This document shows, in pieces, positions 25,401-30,908 of a stretch of 64,000 nt of DNA; the stretch's first letter is position 1, and the number at the start of each line of letters is the position of its first letter. The stretch comes from a virus. Taxonomy: Duplodnaviria; Caudoviricetes. The position numbers and the translations under genes were made by a program. The notes beneath the pieces were generated by a model. It saw only the letters and a program-made list of their open reading frames with translations. It made no database searches and was not told the DNA's origin. The stretch lies in the IMG/VR virus record IMGVR_UViG_3300042554_001750; one strand, written 5' to 3'.

Positions 25401-26984
25401 GTTCGTTGAACTAAAATTCTTTTTACCTAAAATTTCTGTTTCTACATCTAATGTATTAGTAGCGTTGCTTTCAATTAATTTAATAATGCCAACTTTATTG
25501 GCACTTGTGCCATCTTGATAATATAGTGTATCTAATTGTGCGCTTAGGTATGGAATTAAAACTATAGTACCAAATTCATTTTTATAGAAGTTTCTGTTAC
25601 TGTAATTGGTACCAAAACTTGCAGTAATTTTTTGATTGGTTGGAATAGCACCAGCTGGAGATAAACTAATAACAGGATCACTACTGTTGTCTAAAAATGT
25701 AATTGTATAAAAATTTTCATTTACTGTAGTATAAAATCCTTGCTCTAATAAACCCTGATTAATATTACCAGTTAATGTTCCTGAAGCTGTTGTTAAAACG
25801 ACTGCAGGGCCACCTAGTGTTGAGCTTACAGTAAATTTAGTACCGTTAATAATACTACGGACATAATAAATTGTACCACCAGAAAATTCAGAATATACTG
25901 CTAAATTACCAAACGGAACTCCAGTGAAAGTTATTGTGTTACCAACGGTTAACACAGATGTGTCCGTGATCGTTACGGAATTGTCAACTGAACTAGTTGC
26001 TGTTGCTGTGACAGTCTGAGGTGCTGTTATATTGTTATTTTGATCGTAATTAGTGTAATCAAAGAAATTAGATACATAACCAATTTCATTAGAAACACCT
26101 GTGTTATAAAACATTACAGTAAGGCCATTTAGTGCTGTAATGCCATCAATGCTTCCTAATTCACTTAATCTTTTGCCATTTACTTCAGCAAAGGGTAAGG
26201 TACTTACCACAGACACAAGATTGTTGCCTGGGAAGTTATATTCATCTTGAGCGTTTTTAAACGGGACAGTAAAAGTAACTACACCTTGACTTATACCATT
26301 GTTGCTTACGCCATAAACTTCGCGTGTTTGTAAATTGGGCTGAGTTGGACTAAATCCAGTTACTCCCGGTACGCCTTGAATCCAAAATTCACTATCTTGA
26401 TTAACTGCAAAGGTATAAGTTCCACCTCTAAGTAAAGTTAATGTTGGGTTAGTAGAGCCAGCAGATGAACCAACCGGATAAATTGAGTAACCATTAATAA
26501 TATCTTGAACAATATAATCAATAGCACTGAATACTGTTTCGCTACTTACGGTAACTGATTCAGGACCTAATGGTAACCAATAGTATTGGTTAAAGTTAAT
26601 AACTTTATCTAAGTCTGTAAAACTATCCCAAGAGTAAAATTGGCTTTCAAAAAGACGGTTATTATTATTAGTAACTCCGCCATTGACTTTTAATGAGTCA
26701 ATAATACCTGGATAACTTATAAAATCTTTAGGGGTGTTTTTATTTGCATCAGTAAGAACAATACCTGGATCTAATTGATAGTCTGTTCTTGTTTTGGTTG
26801 GCTCTGTTACATAATAATTTTTAGCATTTATACCATAACCAAACTTACTACCTATATAACCTTCTATTTTTTTAGTACTAGGCTGATCAACAATCTGATC
26901 TAATGTCGCGGCTAAAAATTGCGCATTTGTAGGTGTTTTAAATATTTCAGGAAGAAAGTTTAAGGTTCTAATTCTTGTTGCCAT
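7488..26984 (-). CDS. Giant baseplate wedge / receptor-binding virion protein (6498 aa)
   Basis: Uninterrupted 19.5-kb ORF directly downstream of gp6-like; about 16 copies of a ...F.G..FGG....YYV.... beta-module, FG-GAP-like and BNR-like propeller repeats, CBM5/12-like aromatic motifs. Confidence 0.8.
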   Translation of the reverse strand: MATRIRTLNFLPEIFKTPTNAQFLAATLDQIVDQPSTKKIEGYIGSKFGYGINAKNYYVTEPTKTRTDYQLDPGIVLTDANKNTPKDFISYPGIIDSLKVNGGVTNNNNRLFESQFYSWDSFTDLDKVINFNQYYWLPLGPESVTVSSETVFSAIDYIVQDIINGYSIYPVGSSAGSTNPTLTLLRGGTYTFAVNQDSEFWIQGVPGVTGFSPTQPNLQTREVYGVSNNGISQGVVTFTVPFKNAQDEYNFPGNNLVSVVSTLPFAEVNGKRLSELGSIDGITALNGLTVMFYNTGVSNEIGYVSNFFDYTNYDQNNNITAPQTVTATATSSVDNSVTITDTSVLTVGNTITFTGVPFGNLAVYSEFSGGTIYYVRSIINGTKFTVSSTLGGPAVVLTTASGTLTGNINQGLLEQGFYTTVNENFYTITFLDNSSDPVISLSPAGAIPTNQKITASFGTNYSNRNFYKNEFGTIVLIPYLSAQLDTLYYQDGTSANKVGIIKLIESNATNTLDVETEILGKKNFSSTNGIVFTNGLKVSFQGDVVPTSYLSGEYYVEGVGSHIELIPVDTLVVPEAFTESVLIPYDTTPYDFGNFDGDSFIPVSPDYITIARNSVNKNAWSRSNRWFHIDVINATAQYNNDPESVAIYATAAAKAKRPIIEFYPNLKLFNQGSSGKNPVDFVDFRTSDAFTYVAGQESYYPDVAVYTDYTSVIASTNYTQNRTITNTDGPSDTVTINSTTGFRVNDIIILDPPFSIGGLTYNTNYYVAEVVDGTTIKVSLSKNGAVINLTTAASVCTAKWYPQSTTIQVTTADIGNNEFVGVGTFTVGQYVADSTNLLPPNTIIESVTGTSTKTLVVSWGEDQSAYFNGTSVASIIAVPEGVNSYAVFDGARIIFAADTDENVRNKIYVVRFSSITGSSVPVITLTEADDGLVLPDQQTVAYRGYNYLGLEFWYDGIEWIKGQEKVTVNQAPLFDIFDNNGISFSDSTVYTGTDFSGSTLFQYGIGSGLDDNVLGFPLKYSSINNIGDISFDVTFNSDIFNYVSGSTPITEQVNKGYVYNYNYFGTLERLLGWQTAVSPSVQYQLFSFNYTLGSDPVFTVDVGLIPDTQTEWPIIQVFNNNTLLETSAYSVTSLDTSTVVTLDSAPVEDTVIQIAVLSSQVSENAYFTIPINLNNNPLNQDITVANLGDIRGQYQSIFYNNPNLTGQIFGSNNYRDSGNLVPWGNRIIQNSASLVLPGAFLRDPNTNIFNALSFNSKEYIKFKTLLVDTINNTDYSQQFDPSFILDDALDQMTASKTDNQSFFWSDMIPSKAAFVTNVYSFANSLDISRYPLTKIYDFSSANYSGILVYLTRTINNITTTQQLIINQDYTVSVDSPSLTVTYDLLPNDIITVKEYNQTYGSYVPNTPTKLGMYPASIPEIVLDSDYSTPTYFIKGHDGSYTKLYGDYDPQTGILVDFRDQALFEFEKRVYNNLKLSNVIPIKEYEVTPGFFRTTDYSYDEWLQIYTTNFLAWVGENRLNYKRQVYNKFDQYTYNYTDSGNKLNGQPIEQGYWRGIYQYFYDTTTPNLTPWEMIGYTNKPAWWEDRYGPAPYTSDNLVLWEDLENGIDYNNGNPVVIEQAIRPGLLEVLPVNSAGNLLSPFASVVGNYNPNLFQRDWKVGDDSPVELSYRRSSSYPFDLMRILALMKPAKFFNLAADIDNYKYNYEFNQYLVNDRSHLVISDIQIYGNGIAKTSYINWIVDYQKQIGIDATTKVTELLQNLDVRLVYRMAGFSDKTFLKFYVEKGTPNSRNASLLIPDESYSLLLYENQPFTKLIYSGIIIQIVPEGYAVYGNSQTQAYFTTLAPRINVDSEIINVESTSVTVYTKPSETEVIVPYGTIFYTIQEVSQFLINYGFYLEANGMVFEEVENGLEVNWKQMVAEFLYWAQTGWEQGSIVTVNPAAKSLTINKDGYVVQPLTFQQSNFILNENLYPIQTKDLSIVRDQTLFNVVPQNTGDTLAYGQFNINNIEHGIVFDNITLFDDVIYNLITGLRQLRITCRGTKTAEWNGTVTTSGFILNQDNITEWSKEFKYTKGSIVKYKNKYWTALKVVQPNNIFNELDWKLTEYGEIQKGLLSNSSTRSYESTLYYDVDRANLEKDADLLSFSLIGYRPRDYLALADLTDITQVNVYKNMIKNKGTLNAVSAFRGANLPQGGIDYEVYENWAIKSGEFGGVLNSNFVDFKLNQNSLVGNPSIVSLTDGSNTEGSQQEVPLSSLYNYDRPITDPNILATVPSEEPSTLFPDAGYVNLNDVKMSSFYLSQIAAAVDKNGLIVPLDRFYVGDYVWIANYLGTWNVYSPVSMGQVIGALNNLNGTVTITFKEQHNLTQYDPLAILNFDTAVNGYYIAALIVDPYRIIINLQMDPSIITLTGQGVGFKFQQQRVATPADIINLPLLNTEFEKNKVWVDTNNNGSWAVFRKDLNYTYQKQFTRPTGQAFGSAVAYSTNLGYLIGDEAEGAVYRYTYNELLQDWQLIQTITHGTSFGTTIEYADDIFVISEPTGSKEVHIYRLDQTISSDDLVVYQTPISAPANSVNWGQAVAISGDKNWIFISDFDNTVSPNLVHVYRKSQLTDEYEFATTVTVSGLVAGDNFGYAIATDYTGENIVISAPNVSYSVTIDDYGYAYAFNRIVQKIEVQNNSQPDIPQSFELAYTPTTVSKVLASTTAPSTLTLTTSAASLNVDDPIVFLGAGLQNTLISPNQVYYIASKSGNDITIKTSRASLSAFTVTTQGSVNATVSVQNTPIYLSVNNTLIDDNQYAIINNTLYYYGSLTAGDIITVSGQLFVNTQRFSTDTTPLIGVEFGHSLDIATKGNEIIIGAPFQLNTQLQEGAVYRFTNSGSNYGYIIGTDPVALTTNSNILINGYLVKLTPGNASSVASTINQTNITNVTATATPDNRLIIGLINNDLSVPNQQLTLGVMNNTVLAELGITLFTETQVIQCPHTEGPTQFGSTVKFGSNGSFVASAPTGSRFSETTFDFSDDNYFDNDTIFDNNTTQFIEEFDNAGAVYMFDYLPVYAESINNTGKYVYAQSVNARNLDFGAQPLYGHALDFNDNTVAIGTPTFRPGFDNGQVIGYNNITGKQDWSVYRSSSAVVDIDKINNAQIYSAQTNETLVNLDYIDPLQGKILGAVRQNIDFVSNNDPARYNNQGNIETSITWGPVQVGQIWLNTSTLRFVNYHQDDAVYNSQYWGTLFPGSTVQAFTWVESTQLPVDYAGPGTPFDITQFVINYNLNDAGNLIPTYYYWVRNTNTVYTLAGKSLADSVIESYIANPEDSGISYFVPLLPNAFGLYNIQEYLNANDSVFHIGFATGTNQDVAHNQFSLIRANYADDFLPGIPTNLSNQSVNSDYNFSVNPQGLYDRLLDSLSGVDETGQVVPNPYLPKAVQTGILARPRQSFFLNRFMALKNYLLYANEILSQFPIAEIRENITFLNEKNPTIYDPNDPTVVLFEEGEKYDVSDGRYWEFTNWWADGYSDSTKSALQVPLYSDLSTLSVPNGTIVTVKQNSRGFSETYIKDVTGWTRIGLQNGTIKFNSALWDYASARLGFGDNFYDTTPYDEYPSEETRFIIRALNEQIYTNELLIYRNRSLILLFEYIQSETIENQNYLPWLNKTSFVDVAHKIRELRPIEVFQSDNQDFLSGYLNEVKPYHVVIKEFLFEYTGSDTFEGDVTDFDLPAQYSSTSREFITPELVYINPNTDNQFTPDNSIWSNPNYTQWKQNYGVKIGQAVQQGDSTQLFGQLNYPMSRLTSYVTLNSTSLTVNNAYGFPINGVIKIGNEEIGYSSVDSATGSLLGLTRGVNETTVTAHLPGEEIFMDLPPVVVVDAGRGYVNPPKITAYVDPQITKTAEYYGSITGSTLTITTIVNGQVNVGDYLDAPGIIPQTIIVSQLTTNTYQINVAQELTTEVLFTQYSGPVIPAQLQAVMALDSVLRIDVINSGSGYAATPQIIIEPATVITFSSDDVIISTDSVRLYAPLLQTGDLVQYVVGADSTRIPGLVNNQWYYVNVLENNPTVIIAFYNNYANAINDHDRVPLHGIGTGNNQNLNLGARAYTIGTSSPVRENNITLRFDRTTYDSQIIDWQAGNFYGAYYAGQYNNSESVSSSSILLQSTQPPIESILASGQGVAFEIVNVTNDQQVTFSSLARNVVATHAGTDIIDLAPLGGGIGDTASGTTIGFYIGMPVKFIGAVGASNIVYGEVYYVTEIVSSTEFKINNTLGNQTISAAGLNCFVGEVVNTAVLTINYPGIYSCTATNKTTNTITAPLSLLGTGGTIGFYTGLPVFFTGDVFSGVIENDVYYITSVCDKQTFTVSRNPDPLIVSVQGTQSPNIVLLAEETTKLQVNNPIIFNESVGGIVAGTVYYVATVLGLDQIQISTQVNGAILSLSTASASSSATLTSQVDVLQITETLTGNMTINVNLPVSPGQINGQKFTLYPTSGIFSGPFTGETTNDLIERSISATITTVNRVALSTSSGGLTNVYVNMPFTIDTNIGGLTTGTTYYVLDTGVISIAATSTSSSTNEITCDTTESLYVDMPITFSGFGLGGIQIDQTYYVESIIDSTHFKITDFPGGVVVTLTTQNGSMTGTGEPYITVSTSAGGAEVSLSSATATATVTLTQEITTSATYDISWILGGYKVTIINAGEGYALENTINIPGTNFGGTTPANDVNLIVNSIDANGEVTSFIVNGTIPATSSDYYLKVISENELEVYSNSLMTIPVSGIGFGYNGITSTGVTACTASTDRFTVTSSSDFDLNDPVVFTGTVFGGVTLGQTYYIKSKPTSTTITVSEIPGGTTFNVSADATGSMTVAKSGDYALLPEPFYFNQSIVKFNNQVYVCVVSNNDTEFVLGKWELLDSGDRRLNALDRIMGYYQPTVNMPGLDLTQLVTGITYPNSTYLGNAFAPDDQYSLDVILPSTSFTQTDVDSTSAVYGLDKFYVTFNTADYSAIATEANSWISTKLAGSNVNLTDSLYHDGEYLVTSTNYATPIFKSTDGEIWTVKGTAGNYNINSIGVYNTGSQNYYAAGGTNAILISSDTNNWSAINPYYLPSLSYTVYGLTGVNINSGFNGLIAVGSGEQQIGGNIYPRGTFIAALNGSNWTQFNPINYKGLRAVTSGTFTSTGVGNIIAVGEDGIIYKSFDGNNWNGLNEAVVLNSYGTTNKVQIVPGTTFTVGQKVKFTGSSFGGITTGTNYWVKSVDTGDNTIVLSSASSLIPTVALTTASPVFLTTVTVADEETLNDVKFVSSIITAGNFIIGQVYIIETAGTTDFISLGAANNNPGTIFVALGTGSGTGTATFETLIAVGNNGTIVTSTDFATWTTQVSNTTNNLKGIAVDETNGRILVVGENNTALISYDGGVTWVDDAIIIQLESTYDIQGGEFTDGYGPEELVPGVVTDTLMMTVATRPGTTWEATEYQHVGFNVISLELTPSFELQTEYVFHNVAQTPAQISVYQTSGVTGLSTRLYETIDYTVNWIDSIITLNNALPFSPITDSLRVDIYETGNGNQLVKADTQTDPIRYNETTGFNEIFVNCNYSAPSFNGSGVIQPNTNPVSVQATETISLSNSIVCESVREFNLNDPIRFQGITFGGLLEDTNYYVKTISLASSSITVSTSIDLSTGVAGPTFAVTDDTGSMYAIIQVGSGVTWTDPLIYHNGTKLVHGTTGTVTKTNGATNTVTCNTTSAMVVGDKIVFSNTIFGGVIQPLTTYYIESIVDNNEFTISLTQGGPAIALTTDTGGAQLITRDYAFGLQPNGIQAKIIFSAPYVNGIDFLSYTLFGETNPQQYGYSIPELQMFVGDGVTSTFNLTNFVDLNNAANAVVEINGLRLDNTDYTINSSAETITFTTIPSLNDNIAVTTFNDTSRQYLNSQFGITGETVANIVSINNNISSPSASTQATATTSATDYITVISTTNFTVNDIVIFQGTSFGGVLTDGTVYFVRSVDSLTEFTIKDSTGTLVPVSDAVGTMNVIVGGNPAVRITTGINHNFVTNDIVRIDGTTGSTQLNNNLYYVQVINDTSFWIYQTEYDPAFNAVNSPITQITAYTGAGYVWVSDTFTLQTSTVTSTSSTGNIITVADGSSLVAGTPIVFTQIGDPLGTTIIGGLVTGTVYYIKTRASNNITISETYDGTVKTLTSGTAAPNTITISQWEQVNVDRLWVTVNGYRVPSSSLRINAGNQISILETIITTDVVIITSMMPSATPNEEVYVLTVNSVNEATVYRANSLSRTWMTQDLYNTDNIIYVNDIVHLTDNVIQNVTTPSLLNGVYDIGLTADKRIITGISVYNNTTSQLIGSSNYEIVVEELSPILRINQGNYITAGDSLTIVVLEGNLVSINGEQIRFRTVNPVITAGEIVYGQKYTIETVGSTDFTLYGASSNTVGVTFTATNNNTIIPGSGTVIALNALYNLQRGANGTGEQVIIPKYSEVYSYLSNNRMTNIQYNQTWNSYTFNTTLGDPLQISTTASAIFLNQDQT

Positions 26985-26994
26985 AATATATTAC

Positions 26995-29900
26995 TTATCT
27001 TATTTGTAATTCGGCGGGTGTGAGAGCCGGAATAACCAAAACATCGTTTGCTGTTGCAGCATTTACAAATATCTCATAAGGAGCACATTTTATTTCATAT
27101 AAATCCCCGAAATTCATAGTTGGATCGTTTGGAACTAAAACTGCTGAACTTATTAAATCACCACACTCATTGTGTAGATATGCACTTAGTTCACTAAAGA
27201 AAAAGGTATCACCAAAGTTCCAATTGTTGATTGAAAAATAGTTATTCATTGCTGTCAATACTGCACTACGGATTTCGCTATCGCTAGCATTTGTTGTGCT
27301 ATCTTTAATAACTTTAACTGTTGCTCTTAATGCCGGCGCTGCCTTTTCACCAAACAATGGTTTAAAAATTACACTGTTAAGAATTACACTATCGCTTAAC
27401 ATCTTAAAGTTATTTACTTGGCTATATTCTTGATTTAATTCAGTAATTGTAGGTTTATTAGGTTCAGCTACTGTTCCAGTTACATCTTGAATCCAATTTT
27501 GATAAGCCGTATAATAAGCTTGGGTTACTACATATAAATCAATAATATTTGTTGTAGCTGGATCAATTCGTGTTGTATTATTGCTATTATGACGGTACTG
27601 GAATTGCAATCCTTGACGACCAGGCTTAATACTATATTGCGGTTGTTCAACTAATGTATAAGAAGGTGTTGTAACTGTTTGATCTTGAAATGATTTATAG
27701 AATTTATTTTCTACATAGGCGTAAAATAATTGACCAACTGGATAATCATATTTTACGATTTCAATATCAGATTTATTACCATATGTATATACAACATCGC
27801 TTGTAGGTACTATTTGAAATCTGGTTAATGATAAAGCATCTTGAATTAATTCAAAGAAAACATAAATTCCAGTATTATTACCACCATATACATATCCTGT
27901 AACAGTCGTAAAGAAATCTGGATTTGTTATAATAGTTCTGTTATTAACATCTGTAGTAGAAACTTCAACTTCAAAATCATTTATATAACCATCACTCTCT
28001 ACTGTTTGACCAATAATATTAGTTTTTACATCAATGTTTAATGGACTACTAGAGTTTGGTTGTGAATTAGTTTTTAAAATGTTTACGAAATCTTGAAGAA
28101 TTTTTCCAGTAAAAGGATCATAAACTAGTTTATCTCTTTCAAAACTAAATCTTGTATCTGCTACGCTACCAAAGTAATATGCCAATGATCTATATGTTAC
28201 TGCATATCTATTATTTCCCAAACTTAAAAAGTTTACAAAATAATTTGGTGCATTATAATTCTCAATAAACCAACGATCTTGTGCAATAGTTAGTGAATTA
28301 TTGAACACCAATGAAAAACTTTGCTGAAGTTGCATTTTAATTCTGCACTCAGTAATAATGTCGTTTGACAATGTATTATCAAATGACGGTATAATACTAG
28401 TTGAATTACTACTATTAACTGGATCCGTTAATGTAGCACCATTAGGAACATAACCATTTAATGTAACTGGGCCGGTACCATTTGTAAATCCACCTCTACC
28501 GTTATTGTATCCATCACCAATAACATTTATAACAGTAGTCCAAATAAATGTTGGATTATTTGGGCCTGGAATTCCTGCAACTAAGCGATTGTTATCATCA
28601 AAATAATAACCAATTGGCGCATAGAATTTTAGTAAAGCACCCTTTGTGATATACTTGACATTATTAGAGCTATAAGTTCCAATTGGAATAGGAGTATCTA
28701 TTCCATTTTGAATAATGTAAAAATATCCTGTAATTGAATTGGCATCTACAGTTTTTGTTTGCCAATAAACAGTGCCATCACCGGTAGATGAATTAACTGC
28801 ATATCTAGGATAAGTTTGAATATAATATTGTAGAGCACGGTTGCTTGCTAACGCATTTGCTAATGAGTCAGTTAAGAATCTAATAATATTACCAGTATTG
28901 GTAATAGTTAATGAAAGATTTCCTAAGGCATCGTTTTCATACAATGCACCATCATTGGCAAAAGTATTGGTACTTGAGTACTTGCCGGTTGGATCTAATA
29001 AATCTAAATTTTTGCTAACACCAATACTACTACGGTTAATTGCTTTTGACTTGATAATTGAACTGTATAGTGTATATGGGAAGTTGTTATAATCTTCACC
29101 ATTGACCATACGGTTTTGAGTATAATAGCGTGTGGGTGCTCTTTGTTTAATTTGTGCTAAAGGCTCACGGGCTTGAGCGTTGCTGACAGGAGTTGTTAAC
29201 TCTAAGCTAAGAGTTAATGATTCTACTCTACCTATTCTACTGATATAGTTAAAGGTAACTGAAATGCCCTGCATCTCATTTGGATCAATAGTATATGTAA
29301 TACCATTACTGGATCTTACATATGCTCTAAAGTTTCCAACAGGGATCTTGCTAAAGACACCGTCACCGAATACATAACTTACTTGGTCGTTGAATCTAGA
29401 ATTCACGCTGAAAACTTCGCGTCTGCTACTCTCAGTCTGAAGATATGCGTCAGCATAAATGTTATCTACTTTTTTCCACAATACATTTGTTTGATTTGTA
29501 TCACTTAGTTGATATAACCAAGTATCAGTATTATTAATACCTTGAATGTCAATATCAATAACCTGATTGGCAATTTGCTGTTCTAAAGAAAAATCTGAAT
29601 TTTGCAAAGTACCTTGTTTGAAATAGAAAAAATATCCTGTATTTGGGCTACCATAGCCTAGTCTGTCATTTCTATACAGCATGTTAAATCTGCCACTAGG
29701 TGCAGGAGGTATTTCATAGATAGTATCGCTGTCCACACTAGACACACTAACTAATTCAAAACCCATATTGATGCCATCAACTACGCTACTAAACGGAACG
29801 ATAGGTAAGCTGTTCTGTGGGATTGATAACGAATATTCGCTAGTAGTTACTCCTAAGATTTCAGCAACATTACCGGGTCTTCCGATTCGTTGTGTATTAA

Positions 29901-30393
29901 TCAAGGCAGCGTTGATAATTGTGTTAAATTGTTCTAACCAATTTGAATTAGCAGGGTCATTCCATAAAATTGGAATGTTACTTAAATTGTTTCCATTTAG
30001 ATCAGTAATATTCTGAGTAGTTTGTATACTGGTAACTTTCAAATACCCTTGCGCTGTTAAATTTCTTTTTGGAGTATAGCTAACTAAATTTGCTAGTTTA
30101 ATAACTGAATCACGGCGTTCAGCAGTATCAATAAAGTTTTCACGGGTATTTAAGTCATTTCTGAAGGCAAGACCTTGGCCCATGAAGGCGATAACATCTA
30201 ATAGTGCAATAAATTCACTGGATTCAATATAATCATTGAATGTTTCTGGGTAGTAAGTACGAAGGTAATCAATGAAACTTTTACGCAGGGTTTCGTAGTC
30301 ATAGCTACGGAAATCAGCCTCTCTAAATGTCTGGTAGAAGGCTTTCCAATCATTAACCCCAAAAAGTGCGGATTGTCTTGAACTTGTTGCCAT
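26995..30393 (-). CDS. gp6: Baseplate wedge protein, gp6/baseplate-J-like (1132 aa)
   Basis: DFRSYDYETLRKSFIDYL, DYIESSE...LLDVIAF, ENFIDTAERRDSVIKLANLVSYTPKR, QNRMVNGEDY. Confidence 0.85.
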   Translation of the reverse strand: MATSSRQSALFGVNDWKAFYQTFREADFRSYDYETLRKSFIDYLRTYYPETFNDYIESSEFIALLDVIAFMGQGLAFRNDLNTRENFIDTAERRDSVIKLANLVSYTPKRNLTAQGYLKVTSIQTTQNITDLNGNNLSNIPILWNDPANSNWLEQFNTIINAALINTQRIGRPGNVAEILGVTTSEYSLSIPQNSLPIVPFSSVVDGINMGFELVSVSSVDSDTIYEIPPAPSGRFNMLYRNDRLGYGSPNTGYFFYFKQGTLQNSDFSLEQQIANQVIDIDIQGINNTDTWLYQLSDTNQTNVLWKKVDNIYADAYLQTESSRREVFSVNSRFNDQVSYVFGDGVFSKIPVGNFRAYVRSSNGITYTIDPNEMQGISVTFNYISRIGRVESLTLSLELTTPVSNAQAREPLAQIKQRAPTRYYTQNRMVNGEDYNNFPYTLYSSIIKSKAINRSSIGVSKNLDLLDPTGKYSSTNTFANDGALYENDALGNLSLTITNTGNIIRFLTDSLANALASNRALQYYIQTYPRYAVNSSTGDGTVYWQTKTVDANSITGYFYIIQNGIDTPIPIGTYSSNNVKYITKGALLKFYAPIGYYFDDNNRLVAGIPGPNNPTFIWTTVINVIGDGYNNGRGGFTNGTGPVTLNGYVPNGATLTDPVNSSNSTSIIPSFDNTLSNDIITECRIKMQLQQSFSLVFNNSLTIAQDRWFIENYNAPNYFVNFLSLGNNRYAVTYRSLAYYFGSVADTRFSFERDKLVYDPFTGKILQDFVNILKTNSQPNSSSPLNIDVKTNIIGQTVESDGYINDFEVEVSTTDVNNRTIITNPDFFTTVTGYVYGGNNTGIYVFFELIQDALSLTRFQIVPTSDVVYTYGNKSDIEIVKYDYPVGQLFYAYVENKFYKSFQDQTVTTPSYTLVEQPQYSIKPGRQGLQFQYRHNSNNTTRIDPATTNIIDLYVVTQAYYTAYQNWIQDVTGTVAEPNKPTITELNQEYSQVNNFKMLSDSVILNSVIFKPLFGEKAAPALRATVKVIKDSTTNASDSEIRSAVLTAMNNYFSINNWNFGDTFFFSELSAYLHNECGDLISSAVLVPNDPTMNFGDLYEIKCAPYEIFVNAATANDVLVIPALTPAELQIR

Positions 30394-30446
30394 AGAATAT
30401 TCTCTTTTAAGTATTTATCATACCTAAAACCTGGCGTTTTTAAGGG

Positions 30447-30896
30447 TTATTGAATAATTGCTTGATTCAAATCTCTGTCAAAGAATACACTTAAAATCTG
30501 TGCGTCATTAAACGGAGCAATAGCTAATTCAACTTCTAATAGTATCCCGTTTTCTTGGGGGAATGCTTTGACATAATTTATTATAAGTCTTGGATCTAAA
30601 CTAGCAACTCTACGAATTTCATTTTCTAATTGAAACTGTACATCGGCTGTATTAGGTTCAAACACAAAGCTCCAAAGAGTTGTACCATATTCAGGCTTTC
30701 CAACTTTTTGCCCTTGTTGTATATTCAGTGCGTTGACAAAATCTTGTATAACCAACGGTTGATCAACTAACCTATACTTTTTTCCAAAGTTAATAGGCTT
30801 TACTACACTACCAAATCCACCGTCTACCCCTCCCGGAGCATTGGTTGTTCGTGGTTGATTTGACCCTATTGTGCTAAATCCAATGTATGTAGGCAT
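30447..30896 (-). CDS. gp25: Baseplate wedge subunit, gp25-like (149 aa)
   Basis: NALNIQQGQKVGKPEYGTTLWSFVFEP...EIRRVASLDPRL, the GPW/gp25 signature. Confidence 0.88.
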   Translation of the reverse strand: MPTYIGFSTIGSNQPRTTNAPGGVDGGFGSVVKPINFGKKYRLVDQPLVIQDFVNALNIQQGQKVGKPEYGTTLWSFVFEPNTADVQFQLENEIRRVASLDPRLIINYVKAFPQENGILLEVELAIAPFNDAQILSVFFDRDLNQAIIQ

Positions 30897-30908
30897 ATAT
30901 TATTTATA

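Noticed and set aside
7488-26984. Intein or intron explaining the size of the giant ORF
   Set aside because: No Hint-domain splice motifs or LAGLIDADG/HNH insert seen. The length is accounted for by structural repeats.
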